DNA of 64,000 bases from positions 32,268-96,267 of the forward strand of contig CAWIZU010000008.1 of assembly GCA_963840635.1 (NCBI GenBank). Direction: 5' to 3'. A program made the translations under genes and the position numbers. This DNA comes from Vulcanimicrobiota bacterium (GTDB taxonomy: Bacteria; Vulcanimicrobiota; Vulcanimicrobiia; Vulcanimicrobiales; Vulcanimicrobiaceae). Below are positions 35,883 to 45,370 of the stretch, one piece after another. The notes beneath the pieces were generated by a model. It was not told where the DNA came from, did no database searches, and saw nothing but the letters and a program-made list of their open reading frames with translations. Within the stretch, counting starts at the first letter, position 1. Every line of letters starts with the position of its first letter.

Positions 35883-36388
35883 TGGCCTGGACGAAGGCTT
35901 GGCTATCGAAAACGATGCGCGATCACAAGGACTGGATTCGCGAGGTACGCGCTACCAAGATGGGCGGCCATCTCGAGATGCACATCTCCGGACGCCTTTT
36001 TACGGTCGAATTCGTCGACGGCGTAGAACCGACGCGGTACGTGATCGACCGGGAGCGCTGTTTCGACGAGCGTTCCGCGCGCGTTGATGACACGCTATTT
36101 TCGCAGATCGTTGCTGCCCTGAAGATGGCGGTTCACGATTGCTTCGACGGGACGGTGCATGCGTATTCGCCCTCGGCAGCCGTCTTCGAGATTCACTTCG
36201 CACCGGGACATGAGCCGTTTGGCGCCGGCCGTCGCGTCTTCATCGAAGGACGTCTTGCCGACATGATGCGCGAAGACATCGGCAAGTCCAACGTGACGTT
36301 CGACTATCCGGTCCGCGTCGACGGCGCAGCTCCGCAATGGGTAAAGATGGAGGCTTCCACGATCGTCGGACTCGAACCGGTCGCATAG
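35882..36388 (+). CDS. hypothetical protein
   Basis: 168-aa ORF. It is coupled by a 1-nt TAG/GTG overlap at both ends. No family recognised. Confidence 0.5.
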   Translation: MAWTKAWLSKTMRDHKDWIREVRATKMGGHLEMHISGRLFTVEFVDGVEPTRYVIDRERCFDERSARVDDTLFSQIVAALKMAVHDCFDGTVHAYSPSAAVFEIHFAPGHEPFGAGRRVFIEGRLADMMREDIGKSNVTFDYPVRVDGAAPQWVKMEASTIVGLEPVA

Positions 36389-37515
36389 TGTCGACGCTGC
36401 GGTTGCTGCACGGTGCGACCAACGGAAGCGTCTTGATCGAAGGCAAGCGGATCGCGCGCACCGGCGACATCGCAACCTTCGATGTCCCCGACGATACGGA
36501 AACGATCGACTGTTCGGGCGCAACGATCGTTCCCGGTTTGTGGAACACGCACGTGCATTTCTTCGAACGCAAGTGGGCCGATGCGAGAACGCTCGCGGCC
36601 GCTGAATTGACGGAGCAGCTCGAGGATTTCACACGCTACGGCTTTACCACGGTGTTCGATCTTTCGTCATCGCTTGCAAACACGCAGGCACTGCGCGATC
36701 GTATCTCGCGTGGTGAGGTTGCGGGACCGGACATCCGCTCGACCGGCGAAGGCCTGGTTGCGCCGGGAACGCTGCCGCCCCCGATTGTGATGACCGTGAT
36801 GGGTGTGATGAATACGGCGCTGCCCGAAGTTGGCGACGTGCAGTCGGCGCGCCGCGCGGTGCAAAGCCTGCTCGACGGTGGGGCCGATGCGATCAAAGTG
36901 TTTCTGTCGTCGAATTCCGGCCAGATCGTGATTGATGCCGGTGTGCTGCAGACGATCGCGGACGAGGCGCATCGCGCGGGCAAGAAGCTCTTCGTGCATC
37001 CGAACACGCCGGATGACGTGAAGCTCGCGCTGCGCGCGGGTGCCGACGTGCTCGCGCACACGACGCCGCGCGGTGCGTGGGACGATGAGATTTTGCACGC
37101 CGCGCGCGAAGGACGCACCGCGCTGATTCCGACACTTGCACTGTGGCAGCACGTGATGCGCCACGATCGTCGCCCGGTGCAGCAGCAACTCGTCGCAAAT
37201 GCGGTAGCGCAGTTGCGCGCGTGGCGCGAAGCCGGCGGAATCGTGCTCTTCGGCACGGACTACGGGGCGGTCGATGCCGACCCGTTCGCGGAGTATGCGC
37301 TGATGCACGAGGCCGGCATGGACGAGGCTGCGATCCTCGCGTCGATGACGAGCGCACCGGCCGAATTTTTCAGCGACACGGATCGCGGTCACATCGCCGA
37401 GGCCCTTATCGCGGACCTCGCCGTGGTCGCCACCCCCCTCGGCCCGGCTCGACTTACCGTGTGTAATGGAGAAATCGTCTACCGTGAGCGAGCGCAGCGA
37501 GCCACGGGTATTTGA
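36388..37515 (+). CDS. metal-dependent amidohydrolase-superfamily protein
   Basis: GTG 36388 lies within ORF 36337..37515. PGLWNTHVHFF (HxH), FVHPNT, DVLAHTT and FGTDYGAVD match the metal-ligand pattern. Confidence 0.75.
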   Translation: MSTLRLLHGATNGSVLIEGKRIARTGDIATFDVPDDTETIDCSGATIVPGLWNTHVHFFERKWADARTLAAAELTEQLEDFTRYGFTTVFDLSSSLANTQALRDRISRGEVAGPDIRSTGEGLVAPGTLPPPIVMTVMGVMNTALPEVGDVQSARRAVQSLLDGGADAIKVFLSSNSGQIVIDAGVLQTIADEAHRAGKKLFVHPNTPDDVKLALRAGADVLAHTTPRGAWDDEILHAAREGRTALIPTLALWQHVMRHDRRPVQQQLVANAVAQLRAWREAGGIVLFGTDYGAVDADPFAEYALMHEAGMDEAAILASMTSAPAEFFSDTDRGHIAEALIADLAVVATPLGPARLTVCNGEIVYRERAQRATGI

Positions 37516-37587
37516 CGGACAAAGCTTCAGCTTTGGCCGGCAAATACGAACAGGAGTTCGCTACTTGCCTCGGGAAGGGAGGGTTCC

Positions 37588-38520
37588 GTGAGCTGGTTTC
37601 AACGACTCCGGGGGTCACTGGGCAAGGCGCGCGACACATTCGCCGCGGTGCAGAACCTCGGGCGCGCGCGCAAGCCGCTTACCGACGAGTTCTGGGAAGA
37701 CCTGGAAGACCTGCTCATCATGGGCGACTTCGGCGTTCCGACGACCGTGAAAATCATCGGCGGTCTGAAGCTGGTCGCAAAGCAAGAAGCCTGGATCACC
37801 ACCGATCAAGCCGTCGCGCGTTTTCATAAGGACGTTGAACGCTTTCTCACGCTGCCCGACGCACAATTGCAGCTCGACGGCAAACTGCCGTCGCTCGTTC
37901 TCGTCGTGGGTGTGAATGGGAGTGGTAAGACGACGACGATCGGCAAACTCGCAACGCGCTTGCACGGTGAAGGCAAACGCGTGCTGCTGGTTGCCGGCGA
38001 TACGTTCCGCGCGGCTGCCGCAGAACAACTCGAAATTTGGGCGGACCGCTCGAAGAGCGACATCGTGCGCGGCGCCGAGGGCGCCGATCCCGCATCGGTG
38101 ATCTTTGACGGCATCAAAGCCGGCAAGGCGCGCGGCGTCGACGTGATCCTGGTCGATACCGCGGGACGGTTGCAGACGAAGACCAACTTGATGGAAGAGC
38201 TGAAGAAGGTTCGGCGCGTGATCGAGCGCGAGCTTGGCCGGCCGCCCGACGAGACGCTCCTCGTGCTCGACGGCACGACGGGCCAGAACGCGATCTCGCA
38301 AGCGCGCCTCTTTAATGAAGCCACGCAGCTCACCGGTGTGGTGGTGACCAAGCTCGACTCGACCGCGAAGGGCGGCGTGCTGGTTGCCATCGTCGATACT
38401 CTCGAGATTCCGATCAAATTCATCGGCCTCGGCGAGAGCGCAGATGCGCTGCGTCCCTTCGTCGCCTCCGAATTCACCCAAGCCCTTTTCGACGATGCAC
38501 CCGATTCCGTAAGAGTGTAG
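37588..38520 (+). CDS. ftsY: signal recognition particle receptor FtsY
   Basis: 310-aa ORF with VGVNGSGKTTTIGKLA, DTAGRL, TKLDSTAKGG and an N-terminal helical NG domain. GGGAGGG lies 5 nt upstream of the GTG. Confidence 0.93.
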   Translation: MSWFQRLRGSLGKARDTFAAVQNLGRARKPLTDEFWEDLEDLLIMGDFGVPTTVKIIGGLKLVAKQEAWITTDQAVARFHKDVERFLTLPDAQLQLDGKLPSLVLVVGVNGSGKTTTIGKLATRLHGEGKRVLLVAGDTFRAAAAEQLEIWADRSKSDIVRGAEGADPASVIFDGIKAGKARGVDVILVDTAGRLQTKTNLMEELKKVRRVIERELGRPPDETLLVLDGTTGQNAISQARLFNEATQLTGVVVTKLDSTAKGGVLVAIVDTLEIPIKFIGLGESADALRPFVASEFTQALFDDAPDSVRV

Positions 38521-38589
38521 TGCCATACCCTTGTCACGCGGCCGTGAGAGCGTGAACGCATGATCGTTACAACGGAGAGAAAGAAAACA

Positions 38590-40077
38590 ATGGCAGCGCA
38601 AGACGAACGAGCAATCGCTCTAGGCAACGCCCTCGCCCAGATCGAGCGGCAATTCGGCAAAGGCTCGATCATGAAGATGGGCGACTTCCAGGAACGCATG
38701 GCGTTCGAGGTCGTGCCCAGCGGATCGATCGCGCTCGATCTCGCACTCGGCGTCGGCGGATATCCGCGTGGACGCATCGTCGAGATCTACGGCCCTGAAT
38801 CGAGCGGTAAAACGACGCTCGCGCTTCACGCAATCGCCGAAGCGCAAAAGAACGGCGGTACGGCGGCATTCATCGACGTCGAGCATGCGCTCGATCCGAA
38901 TTACGCCGCTGCACTTGGTGTCGATCTCGACAATTTGCTCGTCTCGCAGCCCGATACCGGCGAACAGGCGCTCGAGATCGCCGAGATGCTCATGCGCAGC
39001 AATGCCGTCGACGTGATCGTCGTCGATTCGGTCGCGGCGCTGGTTACCAAAGCCGAACTCGAGGGCGACATGGGCGATGCGCATGTCGGTCTGCAGGCAC
39101 GCCTGATGTCGCAAGCGTTGCGCAAGCTCACCTCCGCGATCTCGCGCAGCAAGTCCGTGATGATCTTCATCAACCAGTTGCGCGAGAAGGTCGGCGTGAT
39201 GTTCGGGAGTCCCGAAACGACCTCGGGCGGCCGCGCGCTCAAGTTCTACGCGTCGATCCGCGTCGACGTGCGCAAGCTCGAACAGATCAAGATCGGCCAA
39301 GACGTCGTCGGTTCACGCACGCGCGCCAAAGTCGTCAAGAACAAAGTCGCGCCGCCGTTCCGGCAGGCCGAATTCGATATCACGTACGGGCGCGGGATCT
39401 CGAAGATGGGTTCGATCCTCGACGTTGCGCTCGAGCAGAACATCGTCGGCAAGAGCGGTTCGTGGTACACCTACGGTGAGCAGCGCATCGGACAAGGCCG
39501 TGAGAACGCCAAGGCGTTCCTCGAAGAGCATCTCGATATGGCGGGCGAGATCGAAGCGAAGATCCGCGAAGCACTTGCGGGAGCCGTCTCAAAGAATGGG
39601 CACAGCAGCGGCGCCGTCGTCGACGGTCACCTCCGAGGAGTGACACCCTATTCGTGCGCGCTCGGGTTGTTGGCGCGACAGAGACTGACGCAGGCGCAAC
39701 TGTGGGAGCGCCTCGCGCGCAAAGGCTACGACGACGACACCATCACCGGTGTCGTCGCTCGTTGCAAAGCTGAACGCTTTCTCGACGACCGGCTCTACGC
39801 GCAACTCTACGTCGAACGCAAGCGCAAGATGCTCGGCGACGTCCGACTGATCGGCGAACTCGTGCGCAAAGGCATCGACCGCGACGAGGCCCAAGCTGCC
39901 GTCTGCGCGCTCGAAGAAGACGAACGTTTGCGCTGCGTTCGCGCGCTCGATCAACTTCTTCGCGGTGCCGCGCCGAGCTATCCGCATGCGGCACGGCGGC
40001 TTGAGCGGCTCGGCTTCGCTGCTTCCACGATCTACGCGGTGCTACGCGAACACGCGGCGGGTACGGTGTCCTTGTAA
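38590..40077 (+). CDS. recA: recombinase RecA continuing in frame into a RecX domain (single ORF as given)
   Basis: Met11 of ORF 38560..40077. [30 protein letters not shown] and the full RecA core extend to ...[11 protein letters not shown]. The ORF then continues ...[62 protein letters not shown]...[18 protein letters not shown]..., which is a RecX repeat pattern. Confidence 0.88.
   Translation: MAAQDERAIALGNALAQIERQFGKGSIMKMGDFQERMAFEVVPSGSIALDLALGVGGYPRGRIVEIYGPESSGKTTLALHAIAEAQKNGGTAAFIDVEHALDPNYAAALGVDLDNLLVSQPDTGEQALEIAEMLMRSNAVDVIVVDSVAALVTKAELEGDMGDAHVGLQARLMSQALRKLTSAISRSKSVMIFINQLREKVGVMFGSPETTSGGRALKFYASIRVDVRKLEQIKIGQDVVGSRTRAKVVKNKVAPPFRQAEFDITYGRGISKMGSILDVALEQNIVGKSGSWYTYGEQRIGQGRENAKAFLEEHLDMAGEIEAKIREALAGAVSKNGHSSGAVVDGHLRGVTPYSCALGLLARQRLTQAQLWERLARKGYDDDTITGVVARCKAERFLDDRLYAQLYVERKRKMLGDVRLIGELVRKGIDRDEAQAAVCALEEDERLRCVRALDQLLRGAAPSYPHAARRLERLGFAASTIYAVLREHAAGTVSL
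39640..40077 (+). CDS. recX: RecX regulatory protein (if separate, starting at GTG 39640)
   Basis: GTG 39640-39642 overlaps TGA 39641-39643 of the alternative frame, which ends ...[14 protein letters not shown] and looks like a typical acidic RecA tail. This is a classical GTGA coupling junction. Confidence 0.55.
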   Translation: MTPYSCALGLLARQRLTQAQLWERLARKGYDDDTITGVVARCKAERFLDDRLYAQLYVERKRKMLGDVRLIGELVRKGIDRDEAQAAVCALEEDERLRCVRALDQLLRGAAPSYPHAARRLERLGFAASTIYAVLREHAAGTVSL

Positions 40078-40103
40078 GAGGGTCCCGGGGCACTGGTCAG
40101 CAT

Positions 40104-40793
40104 ATGGCCGCTCCGACGATCGTCGTCGCCGAGGACGACTGCGCAATTCGCGATCTGCTCGCGCACCATCTGGAACGTGAGGGTTTTAGCGTTGTCGCCG
40201 TCGCCGATGGGCACGCGGCGTTGCGCAGCGCGCGTCACGCCGCCGATCTGATCATTCTCGACATCGGATTGCCTGGCGTGGACGGATTCGATGTGGTGCG
40301 CACGTTGCGTCGCGAGGAGCGGGGCGTTCCGATCCTCATGCTCACCGCGCGCATCGACGAAGTCGATCGTGTGGTTGGATTCGAGCTTGGTGCCGACGAC
40401 TACGTCACAAAGCCGTTTTCGCCACGTGAAGTTGTCGCTCGCGTGCGTGCAGTGCTCCGCCGTTGCGGCCGCTCGATCGAAGCTGCGCCGGCAGCGCTGC
40501 GTTTTGGACGTCTCGAGATCGACGAGGCCGCACGCGAAGCGCGGGTCGATGGGAACGACGTTCGTCTCAAGCCGCGCGAATTCGCGCTCTTGCTCGAGCT
40601 TGCCGTGAACGTCGGCATCGCACTCTCGCGCGAGCGTCTGCTCGAACGCGTGTGGGGCTTTGACTTCGACGGCGATGAACGCACGGTCGACGTACATGTG
40701 CGGCGGCTGCGGGCAAAGATCGAAGAAGATGCCGGCCTGGCGCCGATCGTACAAACGATTCACGGGTACGGATACAAGTTCGTCCGTCCATGA
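40104..40793 (+). CDS. OmpR/PhoB-family response regulator
   Basis: 229-aa ORF. A receiver domain (IVVAEDDCAIRDLL...DLIILDIGLPGVDG...KPF) is followed by a winged helix (LKPREFALLLELA...TVDVHVRRLRAKIE). Confidence 0.92.
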   Translation: MAAPTIVVAEDDCAIRDLLAHHLEREGFSVVAVADGHAALRSARHAADLIILDIGLPGVDGFDVVRTLRREERGVPILMLTARIDEVDRVVGFELGADDYVTKPFSPREVVARVRAVLRRCGRSIEAAPAALRFGRLEIDEAAREARVDGNDVRLKPREFALLLELAVNVGIALSRERLLERVWGFDFDGDERTVDVHVRRLRAKIEEDAGLAPIVQTIHGYGYKFVRP

Positions 40794-41902
40794 GCGTGCG
40801 CGCGCGTCCCATCCATTCGCTTGCGCAACTTGCGCCGCTGCTGGTTGCCGGGCTCGAGCTAGGTGGTGACATTCCGCTTTTGGTCTTGCGGCTGCCCCAC
40901 GCGCGGAAGCTGGAGCGCGAAATGGTCAGCGCCTTCGCTCGCGCCGCGCAAGCCGTCGTGCGTGAAGGCGATCGCCTTGCCCACGAACCGGGGAGCGACT
41001 GGTTTGCAATCGCGATGCTTTCGCCGGCCCGCGACGGCGCGACCGCGCTAACCTTGGACGCGCGTTCCGCGCTCGAGCGCATCTCGGCAACGATGTCACT
41101 TGTGACGGGGCGGCGGATGGAGACGGGATGGTGGCCTCTGCGCGGCCGCAGCGACGTCGAGGCCTTCGAAGCCACCATCGAACGCGCGCTCGAACGCGGC
41201 GCGCGCGAACGCGAACGCTACGAGTTCCTGGCCACCGTCGGCCACGAGTTGCGCACGCCGCTTACCTCCATTCGCGGCTACATCGAAACGTTGCTCGACG
41301 ACGAGCTCGATGTCACGACCACGCGCCGATTCCTCGAAGTCGCACGTAACGAGGCTCTGCGGCTCGGACGGCTTGTGGACGGCATGCTGGACTTCTCGCC
41401 ACTGGATCTCTCGCCGCGCCCGATGCCCGGCGTCACCGATCTCGCGACGACTGCGAATGCCGCGATCGAGGCGCTCGCACCGATCGCACGTCAGGCCGGC
41501 ATGGCGCTCGAGGTGCGGCACAAGGGAGACGCGGCGGTGCGCGTCGGCGGCGACGCGTGCATGCACGTGCTGCTCAACGTGATCGAGAACGCGATCAAGT
41601 ACGCAAGCCCCGGCGGCCATGTGGTCGTGAGCGTCGAACGCCAGGACCCGTTTGTTTGTGCGATCATCGACGATGACGGACCAGGTGTGCCGGCAGCCGA
41701 GCGTGCGCACATCTTCGAGCATCGCGCACGCGGTGGCCGCAGCGTTATGCGTCCCGGGTCGGGCATTGGGCTTGCGATTGTACGCACGATTGTCGAGCGC
41801 GGCGGCGGCAACGTGCGCGTCGATGATTCACCGCTCGGCGGCGCGCGATTCATCATTCGATTTCCGGCCGCAAAAGCGGAATCTCGATCGAGCTTGTCGT
41901 AG
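40790..41902 (+). CDS. cytoplasmic sensor histidine kinase
   Basis: 370-aa ORF with H box FLATVGHELRTPLTSIRGY, N box LLNVIENAIKYA, and G boxes DDDGPGV and GSGIGLAIV. No TM helices are evident. The ~150-aa N-terminal input domain is of unclear family. Confidence 0.88.
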   Translation: MSVRARPIHSLAQLAPLLVAGLELGGDIPLLVLRLPHARKLEREMVSAFARAAQAVVREGDRLAHEPGSDWFAIAMLSPARDGATALTLDARSALERISATMSLVTGRRMETGWWPLRGRSDVEAFEATIERALERGARERERYEFLATVGHELRTPLTSIRGYIETLLDDELDVTTTRRFLEVARNEALRLGRLVDGMLDFSPLDLSPRPMPGVTDLATTANAAIEALAPIARQAGMALEVRHKGDAAVRVGGDACMHVLLNVIENAIKYASPGGHVVVSVERQDPFVCAIIDDDGPGVPAAERAHIFEHRARGGRSVMRPGSGIGLAIVRTIVERGGGNVRVDDSPLGGARFIIRFPAAKAESRSSLS

Positions 41903-41912
41903 AAGTTCGTCC

Positions 41913-42242
41913 GTGGCGCGATCACGGACTGTTTTTGCTCACGAGAGCGAATCGGCTCTCGCCAGACTGTTCGACTTCTATCGAATCGTCTGGGAATACG
42001 AACCTCGTTCATTTCCTATCGTTTGGGACGGCGGCGGCAAACCTGTCGCCTTTTTTACGCCCGATTTTTATCTACCCGACTTCGATTTGTATATCGAGAT
42101 GACCGTGGCAAAACCGGCAATGAACACGCGCAAGAATCGTAAGCTGCGCTTGATGGCGCAGCACCACCCGCGCGTGCGCGTGAAGTTGTTCACGCGCCGT
42201 GACGTCGAGCGGCTTTTCGCGCGTTTGCGGCCGGCGGCATGA
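41913..42242 (+). CDS. hypothetical small protein, possibly restriction-endonuclease-like fold
   Basis: Placed at the GTG within ORF 41652..42242. ESESALARLFDFYRIVWEYEPRSF...FFTPDFYLPDFDLYIEMTVAK resembles a PD-(D/E)xK-type core, but the Lys position is not conserved. Confidence 0.4.
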   Translation: MARSRTVFAHESESALARLFDFYRIVWEYEPRSFPIVWDGGGKPVAFFTPDFYLPDFDLYIEMTVAKPAMNTRKNRKLRLMAQHHPRVRVKLFTRRDVERLFARLRPAA

Positions 42243-42748
42243 TCGGCGAGGTCCTGGTCGATGCACCGGCTATTGCCAAGCGCGTACGCGAACTCGGTGA
42301 GGAGATCTCGCGCGACTATGCCGGCCGTGTGCCCGTCCTTATCGGCATCCTCAACGCCGCCGCAACCTTTCTCGCCGACTTGACCCGAGCCGTAACGATC
42401 CCGTGCGAGTACGACGCGATCGCCGTAACCAAGTTCTCGAGCGCCGAAGGCATCCGATTCTTAAAGGACACCTCAGCGTCTATTGAGGGTCGCCACGTTA
42501 TTCTGGTCGACGATACCATCGACACGGGTATGACCCTCCAGTATGTGTTCAAGTCACTGGCCGCCCGGTCGCCCGCTTCCTTGGCAGTCTGCACGTTATT
42601 GGATCGTCCCGCCCGGAGAATTGCCGATATTGAAGTCAAGTACCGTGGATTCGAGATCCCCGATGTCTACGTCGTGGGCTATGGGCTCGACTACCACGGA
42701 CGCTACCGGGAGTTGAAGGCGCTCTATGCTCATGGGTCGTGGCCGTGA
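42239..42748 (+). CDS. hpt: hypoxanthine-guanine phosphoribosyltransferase
   Basis: 169-aa ORF. The PRPP loop is VILVDDTIDTGMTL. DVYVVGYGLDY is also present. Confidence 0.92.
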   Translation: MIGEVLVDAPAIAKRVRELGEEISRDYAGRVPVLIGILNAAATFLADLTRAVTIPCEYDAIAVTKFSSAEGIRFLKDTSASIEGRHVILVDDTIDTGMTLQYVFKSLAARSPASLAVCTLLDRPARRIADIEVKYRGFEIPDVYVVGYGLDYHGRYRELKALYAHGSWP

Positions 42749-44064
42749 TTGAACGCTCGTTGCGCGCGTGCGCGCTGATTTGCGCCATCCTCGCCGGTAT
42801 GTTGCCGTTGCGGGCGAATTCGCTCGAGCTGCAATCGATCGAACGCGCTGCCGCCGGCTACAATAATCCGAATGCGCACTTGGCGGAGATGTTTCGCTCC
42901 GCGTTGCTCGACACCGGAAAGCTTGCCGAGTACGCGTCCGACGGCACCGCCTACATCAAGACCGGCGATATTCCGGCCGAGTGGCTGCGCGATGCGAGCG
43001 CGCAGGCGCGCCCCTACCTGTTCTTTGCCAAAGACGATCCCGACACGCGTCAACTGCTTGCGCGCGATCATCTCGCGCATGGTGAAGTACGTGCAAGTCG
43101 ATCCCTACGCGAATGCGTTCACGCTCGACTACCGCGTCTGGGAGCAAAAATTCGAACTGGACTCACTTGCTTATCCGATCGCACTGTCATGGAGCTATTG
43201 GAAAACGACCGGCGACAGTTCGATCTTCACGCCGGACTACCAGAAAGCGCTCGATGCGACGCTTGCAACGATGCAGCGCGAGCAAGATCACCCGCGCGAT
43301 TCGCGTTATTCGCACAAAGAGCTCGCGAACGATGGCAAAGGACGTGCGGTCGGCTACACCGGCATGATTTGGACCGGCTTCCGTCCTTCGGACGACGCGT
43401 GCTACTACAATTTTCTGATTCCGTCGGAGATGTTCGCGGTCGTTGCATTGGGCGACATGGCCGAGATCGAGCGCAGCGTCTATCACAACGTCGTGAAAGC
43501 CAACGAAGCGCAGTCGCTGCGCGACGAAGTGCAGACGCGGCATTCAGACCTACGGGCTCGTGCTGGTCCCGAAGTACGGCTACATTTATGCCTACGAAGT
43601 CGACGGACTCGGGCACGCGATCCTCACCGACGACGCAAATATTCCGAGCCTGCTCTCGGCGCCGTACATCGGCTACACCACGCCGAACGACCGCTACTAC
43701 GATAACACGCGCAGGTTCTTGCTCTCGGACGACAATCCGTCGTTCTATCAGGGACAAGTGGCGCGCGGCATCGGCAGTTTTCATACGCCCGACCATTGGA
43801 TCTGGCCGCTCGCGCTGATTATGCGAAGGCCTCACCGCCACCACCAATAACGAAAAGCAAGACGTGCTCACGCAGCTGCTGGCGAGCGATCCCGGCGACC
43901 ATCTCTTGCACGAATCGTTCGATCCCGACGATCCCCGGCGCTTCACGCGCGCAGATTTCGGCTGGCCCAACGCGCTCTTCTCGGAATTCGTCATGACGCA
44001 ATTTCAGGGCGCGCACGAAATCCCGATGGGCGACACAAGCGATCTCGAGTTCCGCTCCGAATAG
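42739..44064 (+). pseudogene. GH125-like (DUF1237) exo-alpha-1,6-mannosidase-family protein, three frame switches
   Basis: Family motifs appear in alternating frames: signal peptide + IKTGDIPAEWLRDASAQARPYL...QLLAR | IISRMVKYVQVDPYANAF...WEQKFELDSLAYPIALSWSYWKTTGD...GMIWTGFRPSDDACYYNFLIPSEMFAV...LRDEVQT | GIQTYGLVLVPKYGYIYAYEVDGLGHAILTDDANIPSLLSAPYIGY...IWPLALIM | EGLTATTNNEKQ...LLHESFDPDDPRRFTRADFGWPNALFSEFV...*. Switches are at about 43066, 43538 and 43824. Confidence 0.75.
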
Positions 44065-44071
44065 CTGCGTC

Positions 44072-45335
44072 GTGAGCAAAGCCGACATCATCGTCGGCAT
44101 CCAGTGGGGTGACGAAGGGAAGGGGCGCGTCGTCGACCTGTATGCGCAGGACTACGACGTCGTTGCGCGATTTGGCGGCGGCGACAACGCCGGGCATCAG
44201 ATCAAAGTCGGCGATATCGACATCGCGCTGCGCATCGTTCCCTCTGGCGTGCTCAATCCGAAGGTCGAGCTCTTTATCGGCGGCGGTACCGTCATCAATC
44301 CGATCAGCCTGCTCGAAGAACTCGATCGCTTGGCAAAGATCGGTGTCGATATCTCGCGCGTGCGCATCTCCGATCGCGCGCACTTCGTGCTTCCGTATCA
44401 CGCGGCGCGAGATCGGGCGAACGAACGCGCGCGCGGTGCGGCGGCGATCGGCACGACCGGTCGCGGCATCGGGCCGGCCTACGTGGATAAGGTCGCGCGC
44501 ACCGGCATCACGTTCGGCGAATTCGCTCGACACGAATCGCTGGCCGAGAAGATTCGTCAAAACCTGCTGCATCATGCTGCGTTGCTCGAAGGTGAGAACG
44601 TGGCGAGCGAAGCCGACATCGTCGGTCGAGACGCTGCGATGCGGCGCAGCGTCTCAGTCCACACGTCGTCGACGGCGTGGCCTATGTTCACGAGCAATTC
44701 GCCCGTGATAAGCGCGTGTTAATTGAAGGCGCGCAAGGTTCGTTGTTAGATGTTGGATACGGAACCTATCCGTATGTGACCAGTTCGCACACGATTGCCG
44801 GCGGCGCATGCATTGGACTCGGGATCGGCCCGACCGCTGTCGGGCGGGTCATCGGCGTGGTCAAGGCCTACTGCACGCGGGTCGGCGGCGGTCCGTTTCC
44901 ATCGGAGCTGCTGCGACGATCGGGGGGAGCGCTTGCGCAAGGCGGGAGGCGAGTTCGGGACGGTGACCGGCCGCCCGCGCCGCTGCGGCTGGTTCGACGC
45001 GGTCGCCGGGCGTTACGCGGTCGAACTCAACGGTCTCTCGGCGCTCGCGATCACCAAGCTCGACGTGCTCACCGGCTTCGAGCGCATCGGCATCGTCACC
45101 GGAGTACCGGCTGCGCGGGCAAGCGACCGGATTCTCGGCTGCCGGCGCACCGGACCTCGAGGTGGTGGTCGAAGAAGTACAGGGCTGGAGCGAGCCGATT
45201 GGCGGGGCGCGCACCATGGCCGCGCTGCCGCAAGCAGCCCGGCGCTATGTCGCCCGTATAGAAGAGAGCCTAGCAACGCCGGTCGAACTTGTGTCGGTCG
45301 GACGAGAGCGCAACGAACTGGTGCGTGTGCATTAA
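44072..45335 (+). pseudogene. purA: adenylosuccinate synthetase, three frame switches (possibly assembly errors)
   Basis: The sequence reads IVGIQWGDEGKGRVVDL...GGGDNAGHQ...IGTTGRGIGPAYVDK...[10 protein letters not shown] | [51 protein letters not shown]...[17 protein letters not shown] | [63 protein letters not shown] | YRLRGQ...[53 protein letters not shown]. Switches are at about 44639, 44914 and 45104. Confidence 0.9.
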
Positions 45336-45359
45336 ATGGTATACCACCGTGACCGATAG
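45333..45359 (+). promoter_or_regulatory. sigma-28 (FliA)-type promoter candidate upstream of fliF
   Basis: TAAA (45333-45336), 15-nt spacer, ACCGATAG (45352-45359), compared with the consensus TAAA-N15-GCCGATAA. The spacer contains the palindrome TGGTATACCA (45337-45346). Confidence 0.45.
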
Positions 45360-45370
45360 ATGTGATAGTG

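Noticed and set aside
38553-38576. Possible SOS (LexA) box GAACGCATGATCGTTAC upstream of recA.
   Set aside because: The half-sites are imperfect (GAACG / CGTTAC). The 6-8-nt spacing does not fit the GAAC-N4-GTTC or CTGT-N8-ACAG consensus types that I know. It is too weak to call without a lineage-specific LexA motif.
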